From the NCBI GenBank assembly GCA_963709405.1, contig CAVPXM010000021.1:192001-256000 (forward strand): 64,000 bases of DNA, in the 5' to 3' direction. A program made the position numbers and the translations under genes. Numbering within the stretch: position 1 is the stretch's first letter; each line of letters begins with the position of its first letter. This DNA comes from an uncultured Nitrososphaerales archaeon (GTDB taxonomy: Archaea; Thermoproteota; Nitrososphaeria; Nitrososphaerales; Nitrososphaeraceae). Under the pieces are notes generated by a model. That model did no database searches, was not told the origin of the DNA, and saw nothing but the letters and a program-made list of their open reading frames with translations. Of the stretch, positions 21,341-30,906 are shown piece after piece.

Positions 21341-21512
21341 GTAATCTGGTATTATTAGAAGGCATTCTTTTCCGACATTATCAGATATAATCTGATTTGG
21401 ATCTTAGCTGAACCAATCCCTATACCTTCGTAGCCCTTACGCGTTACGTGGTAATCTGGTATTATTAGAAGGCATTCTTTTCCGACATTATCAGATATAA
21501 TCTGATTTGGAT
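21296..21512. repeat. Tandem duplication of 107 bp (21296-21402 and 21406-21512)
   Basis: AGCTGAACCAATCCC...TCTGATTTGGAT repeated identically with a 3-bp spacer. Confidence 0.95.
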
Positions 21513-21520
21513 TAAGAGTC

Positions 21521-21874
21521 CTATGATTTAGCCAACACGTTGTATAAGTAGGTATTTTCTATCTTTAACTTCTCCAAACTTATAGGTAGATATCCACTTC
21601 TCTTAGCAGAATTAATATTATATTTGAGCATATAATTAGGATTGAAATCTAATCTTCTTAATGAACGGCATCTATCACGCCAATTCTATATCATGTTATA
21701 TGCTTCTTCAGACGAATATTTTCTAATATTGATAAAGTAAGGAGAAAGGATGCACCACACTACCAATTTCCTATAATCTTCTACAGCAGTTTGTAATATC
21801 TTCTCTATCCACTGTATCGTATTCATAATTCTCACACTGGTCCTTGTTGCATTTTCAAGAGATCGAATCCTCAC
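21521..21874 (-). pseudogene. PriX-like primase non-catalytic domain remnant
   Basis: IQWIEKILQTAVEDYRKLVVWCILSPYFINIRK, in-frame TAG at 21686-21688, then NWRDRCRSLRRLDF...GYLPISLEKLK. Confidence 0.65.
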
Positions 21875-21876
21875 CT

Positions 21877-22019
21877 CTACTTGAAAATTACAATTTTGCG
21901 AGATTATTCTTGATCATTTCCGACCAAAAATATTTAGCCTGAATTATTTTGCAAAAATCAAATCAAATAGAGCCTAATTCCTATCGCAAGGAGAGATAGA
22001 ATAGCTGAATATACTTTAG
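21877..22019. repeat. 143-bp direct repeat, copy 2
   Basis: Matches 15486-15628. Confidence 0.95.
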
Positions 22020-22029
22020 CCATTAGATG

Positions 22030-22388
22030 CTCTGTTGAAAGACATGTAAAAGTCGCCCTCTATGATTCATTAGGATTTAGATTATACGAGTCTTTAGCTA
22101 GGTCATTCGATTGAATATGTTATATAGAGCTGCCCTTAGGAAGATCTCCTTTGCCATGTTAGAAAACTTTCTGGCAGTTACATATTCACCAAACATCCTT
22201 TTAATGGAAGAGAATGCTGTTTCTGCTATCCTTAAGATCTTACCATCATGTACCTCTTTGCTTGTTACCTCCAGAATCTTCTTGTTCTTGATATCAACTG
22301 TATCTTTAGATATCCTTTTCTAACATGCCATTTATGCCGCATCCATTCTCCACGATTAGCTACTTTAATGCCAGGTACTGTCTAAAGG
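22030..22388 (-). mobile_element. IS5-family transposase remnant, internally deleted
   Basis: DST-GIKVANRGEWMRHKWHVRKGYLKI, VHDGK, AETAFSSIKRMFGEYV; putative IS end GCTCTGTTGAAAG at 22030. Confidence 0.7.
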
Positions 22389-22997
22389 AATGACAATATC
22401 ATTTGGAACACAGATAGTCGGCTGTGCCGAAGCTGAATTTGGAGGAATATTCGTCTGTATTGGGTTCGATGAACACGAAATGCATTTTGATTTGCCTAGG
22501 CTAACATACAATGATGTATATACAGGCGTATACTGTGCTATGGATCACCGGGTTGGCACAAAGGCATTCTATGAATGCATTACAGACAATGACTAAATAG
22601 CGTTTAGCATTCGGCTAAAATAGCAGCAGCAATGTTCAGCCCCAGAATCATATTTTCTCGCGCCAGTCTTAGGGGCGACTACTTTATAGTATCCAAGGAT
22701 TGGAACAGTAATGACATATACAAGTTTACGGGTTGGTTTGATGAGGAGTGACTCTTGCTAATGGTTTCACATTTAGGAGTTGTACAGTCATCAAGCCCCA
22801 AAATAATTCTTATCTATAGAGCACGTTATTTGACGCGCCCTCATGATAGAAATGTAAATCCCTTCATCATACTGAGGCGTCAGTCTACACCTAGGACGCA
22901 GCGTTTTCAATAAAATTTATAATCTCCCGTGCTGCATATCGTTAATATAGAACACTTTTTCCGATATTATGCTGGATCTGATGAAAAATCCGATGGA

Positions 22998-23266
22998 GGT
23001 CTAAAAGAAAGAGGTCAGTTGATGTTCTGAATGTATTAGAGGATTGGATAATCCTTAATGGTAAGCCCAGGAAGATAATGCATGATAACGGTAAACAGTT
23101 TACATCCAAAATATTTAGACGCTTTCTTGTACACGATCAGATAAAGGATAAGCAAATACCAACTTCTTATCTGCAGTTACAAGGGAAAATAGAAGCATAT
23201 AACAAGATAGTAAAGAATGAGTTCCTAGCAATAGAAGATATACCAAGCATAGACGACGGAAAACAA
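22998..23266 (+). mobile_element. IS481-like (rve/integrase-core) transposase remnant, copy 1
   Basis: MHDNGKQFTS...QLQGKIEAYNKIVKNEF; homologous to the remnant at 28735-29421. Confidence 0.7.
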
Positions 23267-24225
23267 CTTGTTGTATTTGCGCAGGCCTGCACGTTAGATA
23301 TCCTGTAGGGTCTTTAGTTCTTGATCTAGTAGTAACCTCCTATCACTTGCCATAGTGGTTGAAGTTGCTGACATATAGAATACCATCCAGTTTCTAGCGT
23401 AATTTTGGATTCAGTCTCGAAATCACGAATTAGTATAGATTGTCAAGGAATAATAGGGATCTACTATTTATTACTATGTTTGAAATCGTCCTTGAATGAC
23501 TTTATTTCTGAATTAAGTCTACAAAACTAGAGTGTAAGTAATAGCAGACTGACGTAGATCCCCTATTCAGATTTTGTAATGATCTTTGTTCTCTGTTATG
23601 TGTTAAACGAAAGGACTCTGGCTCACTCCATTCAATTCCCTCCAAAAAAAGTAACCAAGACATTATAGTTGCAATTTCATCGTGTGAAGATGATCCATTA
23701 TAATGCCCACTCTCTGACCAACAAATATACCTCTAGTAATCGGATCGTCATCAATCATTTTTTCGAGATTCCAAACTTGGATATACATCTGTTCCCAGAT
23801 TCTTACTACTTGCTTAACGGTCATAGCAGAATTTTCTATTTATTATCCAATGATTAAATATCACATGGTTTATCCGTAAATTCCTAATTCTTCAACTTTA
23901 TGAATTGCTATTTCCAGTTTTTATCTTTCATTTCTATAATAGCTCAAAAAGTATCCTTACAAAGAATGATAATGACAAACAATAAACATGACATGCATTG
24001 CAATGCATACAAACATATATAATTGAATTTGACTTTCTGAACTATGATACTAACCATTCATGTACTACAATATCATGTCCTCTTATTATACAAATTTGAT
24101 AGATGGTTTAGAATTGTAAATAGCCATAACCTACTGTTAACCTGTTACCGAGAAGGTTTTCCCAAGGTAAGAGATTGCAATGCAGATCCCTCATCCACAT
24201 AGCTATAAATCGAAGTTTTTGAAGA

Positions 24226-24714
24226 ATGACAGGAGAGCAAGCTCAAGAAAATGTGGTGGAGATAAGAAAGATACTGGTGCCGATAGATGGTTCTAAAGTA
24301 TCCACAAAAGCCTTAGAATATGCCATCCATATTGCAAAAAAGGAAAAGGCTAATTTGAGCTGTATCCATGTGATAGCTAGCCCACAATATCTTTCTTGGG
24401 AAAGTGGTGAAGGAAAATCTATACTTTATGCATTTTATGAAGAAGGAAAGAAACGCGCTGAAGAATGGTTTAGAAAAGCTACTGATTTGGCGACCAGAGA
24501 AGGAGTCAAACTTACTACTGGGTTTGTCTTGGACGTCAGATCTGTTGCAGATACTATTGTGAACTATGGCATTGACGAAAATGTTGATCTAATTGTTATA
24601 GGAATTACGGGAAGAACAGGATTGAAAAAATACTTAGCGGGCGGTATAGCAAGCGCTGTAATACTGCATGCACATTGTCCTGGTACTAGCTGTGAGGTAG
24701 TATTGACACTCTAA
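24226..24714 (+). CDS. Universal stress protein (UspA family)
   Basis: KILVPIDGS, VDLIVIGITGRTG; removing one G near 24682 gives the canonical end HAHCPVLAVR* (stop at 24700). Confidence 0.9.
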   Translation: MTGEQAQENVVEIRKILVPIDGSKVSTKALEYAIHIAKKEKANLSCIHVIASPQYLSWESGEGKSILYAFYEEGKKRAEEWFRKATDLATREGVKLTTGFVLDVRSVADTIVNYGIDENVDLIVIGITGRTGLKKYLAGGIASAVILHAHCPGTSCEVVLTL

Positions 24715-24742
24715 AAATCTCCTATATAGTTGTAAGAATAAA

Positions 24743-26482
24743 ATGGGTATCACACAACTTTCCCTCGTTACAATATTAATTGCAAAATCTGAGCTAGAGA
24801 AGCTTATAACAGAATTGTATGAATTTGAAGATTTCCATCCTTCAGATCAGGAAGGGTCTTATGAAGAACTCTCTCTTACTAGACTTAAATCAAAAACCCT
24901 AGAATTGAATTTGGACATAAATAGCGTGATCGGTAAGTTAGAAGACAGATATCATTTTAACAAAGATGCTGAAAATATAGAAAGATTTGTAATCAAATCA
25001 AACGATTGGAGTAGTCTACTCAGCAATATTGTAAATGAACTAAGAGTGATAAGAGGAAAGTTATCGTGTAAAATAAGATTAAGTCATAAGGATCTTACAT
25101 GTCTTATTATGTTCAGAGAAACCACCTTCCTTATGTTTGAGATACTAAGGAGAATTAAAATTAAGCATGAACTAAAATATTTTGTAACTATAGAAGGATA
25201 TATACCAACTAAATCTGAAAAAAAATTTTGCGATCAATTCTCCCAATGGTATCACACCATAAAACCCTTGAGAAGAGATAAGGATGTGTCACCGATTGTT
25301 CCAACAAGATTAACAAATCCTAGATTTATCAAACTGTTTGAAGATATTACTGTGGTACAGGGCATTCCAAAATATAGCGACATAGATCCAACTCCATTGA
25401 TAGCATTTGTATTCCCATTCTTTTATGGTATAATGTTTCCAGATTTAGGACAAGGATTGTTGTTTATACTTTTTGGAAAAGTATTATCAATGCAAAGGAT
25501 AAAGATAAAAATGCTGACAGGAAGGAAATACAAGTATTGGGGAAAAATGTTGATGACATTTGGAGTATCTGCATCGATAGTAGGGCTACTAAGCGGAGGA
25601 AATTTTTTTGGTTTGGAATTAGGTAATTATGGGATTCATTATATCATGCCATTCTCTAATATCAGGATTTTTGGAGGTAACGGCAGTACAACTATCAATA
25701 TTGAAACTGTGACTACTGTTATGATTATAGCTATACTAATCGGTACATTTCATCTTGCGTCAGCATATATCATTGCTATAATAAATAAAATAAGAGAAAA
25801 AAAATATGCTGAGGCATTCACGTACCATTTAGCTACTTTAGTAACTTATTCATTTGGAATCTTGTTAGGCTTATCTTTTATAGGGTCAGGTAATAATATC
25901 ACACAGCTATTCTCTAACTCCAGACAACTACCTGTGTTTTCGTCAAGTTTGGATGTCCATATACAATCATCAACCGCTGCCATAATCTCGGTACCAATAA
26001 TAATAATATCAATGCTCACGATAGTATTTGGTAGAGCTATATCATCATTAATACACAAGCAACGTGACTATATAACAAGGATTAATCAAGGTATAACTGA
26101 TGCAGCTTTTATACCAATAATATTTCTAACTAATACAATAAGCTATGCTAGATTGGGAATTTTTTTTATCATGCATTCTGCATTGATGGGCCTTGTTAAT
26201 AGTGCATGGCAGTATGGTATAGCAGGTCTACCCACTATTATTCTGGGGAATATTGCAGTAATGATATTAGAGGGATTTTTAGTTTACATCCAGGATCTTC
26301 GACTTCATCTATATGAGTGGGTCACCAAATTTTCTGATGACGGCGACGATAAAGTTATGTTTTTTAGAGGACTAAAATCAGATGCAGATGTTGTTGAGTT
26401 AAAATTTAGTCATAATGATGAGGAGAAACAATTAGCTACTCTTACTCAAAATATCTTGAATTATAGATACACCGTTCCATGA
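24743..26482 (+). CDS. atpI: A/V-type ATP synthase subunit I (a-subunit) paralogue, stand-alone
   Basis: IEGYIP, PTRLTNP, IDPTPLIAFVFPFFYGIMFPDLGQG, NTISYARL (essential Arg), IQDLRLHLYEW. Confidence 0.85.
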   Translation: MGITQLSLVTILIAKSELEKLITELYEFEDFHPSDQEGSYEELSLTRLKSKTLELNLDINSVIGKLEDRYHFNKDAENIERFVIKSNDWSSLLSNIVNELRVIRGKLSCKIRLSHKDLTCLIMFRETTFLMFEILRRIKIKHELKYFVTIEGYIPTKSEKKFCDQFSQWYHTIKPLRRDKDVSPIVPTRLTNPRFIKLFEDITVVQGIPKYSDIDPTPLIAFVFPFFYGIMFPDLGQGLLFILFGKVLSMQRIKIKMLTGRKYKYWGKMLMTFGVSASIVGLLSGGNFFGLELGNYGIHYIMPFSNIRIFGGNGSTTINIETVTTVMIIAILIGTFHLASAYIIAIINKIREKKYAEAFTYHLATLVTYSFGILLGLSFIGSGNNITQLFSNSRQLPVFSSSLDVHIQSSTAAIISVPIIIISMLTIVFGRAISSLIHKQRDYITRINQGITDAAFIPIIFLTNTISYARLGIFFIMHSALMGLVNSAWQYGIAGLPTIILGNIAVMILEGFLVYIQDLRLHLYEWVTKFSDDGDDKVMFFRGLKSDADVVELKFSHNDEEKQLATLTQNILNYRYTVP

Positions 26483-26584
26483 TAATATTATTCACAAATT
26501 ACACTGTTTTAAAAAATCTATTTGAGCTGTAAATTTTAGATTTCAAAAATATGTTTGTTGATCAGTTCATGTTATTATTATCAT

Positions 26585-26635
26585 TAGGTAGATAGGTAGA
26601 TATGTAGATATGTAGATAGATAGATAGATAGATAG
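26585..26635. repeat. Compound tetranucleotide microsatellite (TAGG/TATG/TAGA)n
   Basis: TAGGTAGATAGGTAGATATGTAGATATG(TAGA)5TAG read directly. Confidence 0.9.
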
Positions 26636-26884
26636 TAGTGATTTCTAGGTGTAGATTCAATAAATACATACGATTTACACTACTTTCTACAACTAGTTCA
26701 TGATCTATTCTACATTCTTTCCAAAGTTACTAATAAATTCGATTTTGATGCTGCTCCAGCAGATTGGTTGTTAAAATCAAAAATATTGTTAATCAAAAAA
26801 AGAGAGAACAAATATACAGCGCATTGCAGTAAAAGCATCTTGTATAAATAATAAATATCTGGGTCTTCTCTAACTATAATCTAG

Positions 26885-28115
26885 ATGGAAATTAACTCTG
26901 GAGACACTTCTTGGATACTTGTTTCAACCGGTCTGGTTATGATAATGATTCCAGCTCTAGGCTTCTTTGAGGCTGGTTTAATAAGAAGCAAAAATTCTCT
27001 CTCTGTAATAATGCAGTCTTTTTTTGGACTCGCTATTTTATCAATTTTGTGGATAGTTATAGGCTTTACACTAGTATTCTCTTTATCTTATAATGGAATT
27101 ATTGGCCGTTTTGATTGGATCCTCTTGAACAACGTTCCTATCAATACATCGTTAAACTACGCACCCAGTATTCCAGGTGTCAGTTTTGCATCGTTTGAAA
27201 TGATGTTTGCAGTGATTACACCTCTTCTCATTACAGGAGCATTTGCAGAAAGAATGAAGTTTAGCTCTTTTTGTGTATTTCTGATTTTGTGGAGTATATT
27301 GATTTATTATCCATTAGCACATTGGGTTTGGAACAAAGAAGGATGGCTTGCACAGCTTGGGGTATACGATTTTGCTGGTGGAATCGTAGTACATACCAGT
27401 GCTGGTATAGCATCACTTGCAGCAGCTTTAATTATTAATAAAAGAAAGCACTTTGGTCCTGATATATTTAGACCTCACAATATTCCACTTGCTGCAATTG
27501 GAGCTTCTCTACTGTGGATTGGTTGGTTTGGATTTAATGCGGGAAGTGCGTTATCAGCAGGATCTCTTTCTGCTAATACGCTATTGGTAACGCAGGCGGC
27601 AGCAGCTGCATCGTCCTTGTCATGGATTCTACTTTCATGGAAAAGGTCTGGAAAACCATCTGCGATAGCAGCCATTAATGGTGCAATTGCAGGCCTTGCA
27701 GGTGTGACGCCTGCGTCGGGCTATATCAGTGTCCAAAATTCTTTAATATTGGGAGTAGTAATTGGTGCTGCATCATTCTATGCCATAATGCTTCTAAAAG
27801 AACGTCTAAAAATAGATGATGCCCTTGATGTAAGCTCCGTGCATGGCGTTACAGGAATTATAGGAACCTTGGCAATAGGATTTATTGCAAGCTCTCTTAT
27901 CAACCCAGCTGGTCCAAATGGATTATTGTATGGAAATGTTACGCAGATAGGTATTCAGGCCGTAGGAGTTGCAGTTGCTGCTTGCCTTATCATTTGTAGG
28001 AACGACAGCGATTTTGAAGATAATTGACAAAACTATAGGGTTAAGAGTAAAGGAAATAGATGAAGATGTAGGATTGGATCTCAGTCAACATGCAGAAAAG
28101 GCGTATGTCGAATAG
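26885..28115 (+). CDS. amt: Ammonium transporter (Amt); apparent +1 frameshift near 27982
   Basis: NSGDTSW, FEMMFA, DFAGGIVVHTSAG, WFGFNAGS, IDDALDVSSVHG (twin His intact); the restored C-terminus reads IGLRVKEIDEDVGLDLSQHAEKAYVE*. Confidence 0.93.
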
Positions 28116-28175
28116 ATTCTATACTTATGGTTTAAAGCATCATATTTATGAAGAAAGAACTAAAGATAGTATTTA

Positions 28176-28526
28176 ATGAAGATGGTTCAAGCAATCATAA
28201 GGACAGAGCGATTGCCTGTTATGAAGGAACATCTAAGATTAATTGGAGTCGGAGGCATGACAGTCTACACGGTATCAGGTTGGAGTAAGAGAAGAGAACT
28301 CCACCTGCAGTGGAGAGGCCAAGCTGTTTCATATGATCTTATTCCCAAGACAAAATTTGAGATCGTTATCCCAGATGAACAACTTGAGTCAGTGATACAA
28401 ACAATAACGCTTCACGCTAGGTCTGGCAGCACTGGCGATCAGGGTGACGGCATAATATTTGTTTCTACGATAGAACACGCGATCAACATAGCTACATTAG
28501 AAAAGGATGAAAAGGCTATCAAATGA
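28176..28526 (+). CDS. P-II family signalling protein (GlnK-like position, non-canonical motifs)
   Basis: MKMVQAIIR, GGMTV, WRG, PKTKFEIV, GDGIIFV; directly downstream of amt. Confidence 0.88.
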   Translation: MKMVQAIIRTERLPVMKEHLRLIGVGGMTVYTVSGWSKRRELHLQWRGQAVSYDLIPKTKFEIVIPDEQLESVIQTITLHARSGSTGDQGDGIIFVSTIEHAINIATLEKDEKAIK

Positions 28527-28734
28527 CTCATTTGCTTCTGCAATCTTTCAGTCATTTTGAAAAAATGGACGATTGCAATTTCTTATAATTATTAGACCAA
28601 TGGAGTAGGCGACTCCAGTCATTCTCTTATGTTAAGGTGGCTTTACTGTTATAGTTTTATTGTTACAGTATTACTTCAGATTTAGTTGTATTTGGAGTAA
28701 TTCTAATTTCGGCTCTGAGTGATTCTGCTGAAAG

Positions 28735-29421
28735 GAATTATTACATCATTAGCTGTCTGGACGATTGTTCAAGAATAGTAGCTAGCAAGTGGTCTGAAAG
28801 AAAGAGGTCAGTTGATGTTCTGAATGTATTGGAGGATTGGATCATGACTAACGCCAAGCCTTAGACGGTGATGCATGATAATGAATAGCAGTTTACATCC
28901 AGATTATTCAGGCGTTTTCTTGATCACAATCATATAGATGATAAACTAATTCCAAATTACTATCTGCAGTTATAAGGAAAGGTAGAAGCATATAACAAGA
29001 TAGTGAAGAATGAGTTTCTAACAATAGAAGATATACCAAGCACAGATGACGGAAAACAAAGGTATGATAGCATGTTTGTAAAAGCGTACACTGAAACTAG
29101 AGAACATGGAGGAATAAATGGTCTTACTCCATCGGAGATGTTTGTACAAAGATTAGTTACATCCACTGCTTTGTTGCATAATTCAGAAAGATCGTCATCT
29201 TGCAATGCTTTTAGTACTTCTCAGGAATAGGTCAAATGCGGATTACTCCTTTTTAGCTGAATGTTTTAAAGTTAGTTGACTAATATCGGATTCGTGCAAC
29301 AAAGCATGGAACGATAATCAATTCAGGACACTCCTATCCATCCCATACATACAAGAACTAAGCAGCAAAGTGTAACCCAAGTGGGTAATCAGAAATGTAA
29401 TCTATCTGTGTAAGTACAACA
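28735..29421 (+). mobile_element. IS481-like transposase remnant, copy 2, interrupted by a MITE
   Basis: LDDCSR, MHDN, GKVEAYNKIVKNEF, REHGGINGLTPSEMF; ends in ...ACAACA as expected for TGT...ACA IS481 termini. Confidence 0.7.
29167..29306. mobile_element. 140-bp MITE, copy 1
   Basis: 12-bp terminal inverted repeats TGCTTTGTTGCA...TGCAACAAAGCA; inverted near-identical copy at 46929-47067. Confidence 0.85.
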
Positions 29422-29475
29422 ATTAGCCTTGATATTTGTATTATTAACCGTTAGCTTCAATATGTTACCTTGATT

Positions 29476-30906
29476 CTAATTTTCTTGATCAGTGTTATAG
29501 GTTATCGCTACTGCTGATTTTGAAATAATCCATTCCGATACCTCTGGCCACAATTTCTTATGTGCTATACTGCTAACACATAACCCAATATGATCACCAG
29601 AATACACACGAGTTATCTTTTCCCTGCTTGACACACAATGGTTTACTGATAAGGTTGATTCTGGAGAGACAAGATCATCATGTTTAGCAACTATTGTTAA
29701 CAAAGGTATAGTTATTTTTCTAAGATCAACTACCTTTCCATCAATCCGCATTCTATTTGAAATGAGCAAGTTATTTTTGTAACAATCATTTATGATCTGT
29801 CGATAGAGATTTCCTGGAATAGGTGGTGTATCACTAAGCCATTTTTGCAGTGCAATAAAGGTATTAACGAACTGTTTATCATGTAACCTTTCAAAGAGCT
29901 TGATATATCTATCAAAAGCATAGCGTGGAGGATTGCGCATAATAAAAGCAAGATCAATAGGTAAACCATCTATATGATCAAATTCATCTATCATCTTATC
30001 AACATCTATTGCTTTTGCCCAGCTAGTAAGTATTGTATTATCTTTGCTGAAATCTATAGGAACACCCATAAGTGCTAAACTTTTCAGATTCTCATTGTTA
30101 AGTGCTGCATAAATAATTCCAATTATCCCTCCCCAGCAATAGCCTAGCATAGATATTTTATCAGTGCCAGTTTTATCCTTTATAATTTGAACTGCATCTT
30201 TTACGTAATTAACATAGTCGCTTAAAGATAGACAAGAGTCATTCCATTCAGGATATCCCCAGTCAAGCAAGTAAACATCTAATCCCCTTGATAACAAGGC
30301 TCTAACTACACTTCTATCTGGGCAAATGTCCATAATGTGAAACCGATTAATTGGAGCATAAAGTAATAGAACTGGTGACTGTGGTAGTGATGATGACATT
30401 GGCGATGCTTGATGACGTTTGGTAGTAATGTCTTTGCCGCTATCACTGTTGTAATAGTGCAATAATCTAGCCTTTCCTTTTGCAAACATTACATCAAAAG
30501 GAGTAAGACGATCAAAGTCATTCTTCTGAACTGAGGCAACTGCCAAAAGGTTCTTTACATAAGAATTAAACAGCCAACGAGAAAAGTAAACTGGATATCC
30601 TATCTGTCTTAATGTAGAGTGCAATTCAACAAGGGAATCCATATAACGAGATAGTAACGACGTAAAGCTATCAGATTTCAGTTCTTTATCTAGTTGTTTA
30701 TCTGAAAGTACCCGCCACCTATCATAAAATGTATTATTATTATTTCCTACTGCTTCTAATTCTAACTCTTCACCACAATTCATCATAGATGCTTGTTGAA
30801 ATGCTTTGGAGTAAATTGAATTATAGATAGAAAATAACTCAAATCCTGTTGTGTATATCTCAGTAAGCTTTGGTATTATTTTGAAGAACCTTGCATATGG
30901 ATCCAT
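29476..30906 (-). CDS. phaC: Class III-type polyhydroxyalkanoate synthase PhaC with N-terminal extension
   Basis: PVLLLYAPINRFHIMD, DVYLLDWG, lipase box GYCWGG, KHDDLV, GDHIG. Confidence 0.85.
   Translation of the reverse strand: MDPYARFFKIIPKLTEIYTTGFELFSIYNSIYSKAFQQASMMNCGEELELEAVGNNNNTFYDRWRVLSDKQLDKELKSDSFTSLLSRYMDSLVELHSTLRQIGYPVYFSRWLFNSYVKNLLAVASVQKNDFDRLTPFDVMFAKGKARLLHYYNSDSGKDITTKRHQASPMSSSLPQSPVLLLYAPINRFHIMDICPDRSVVRALLSRGLDVYLLDWGYPEWNDSCLSLSDYVNYVKDAVQIIKDKTGTDKISMLGYCWGGIIGIIYAALNNENLKSLALMGVPIDFSKDNTILTSWAKAIDVDKMIDEFDHIDGLPIDLAFIMRNPPRYAFDRYIKLFERLHDKQFVNTFIALQKWLSDTPPIPGNLYRQIINDCYKNNLLISNRMRIDGKVVDLRKITIPLLTIVAKHDDLVSPESTLSVNHCVSSREKITRVYSGDHIGLCVSSIAHKKLWPEVSEWIISKSAVAITYNTDQEN

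Noticed and set aside
21296-21512. Possible CRISPR array
   Set aside because: Only two long identical units, no unique spacers, no cas genes.
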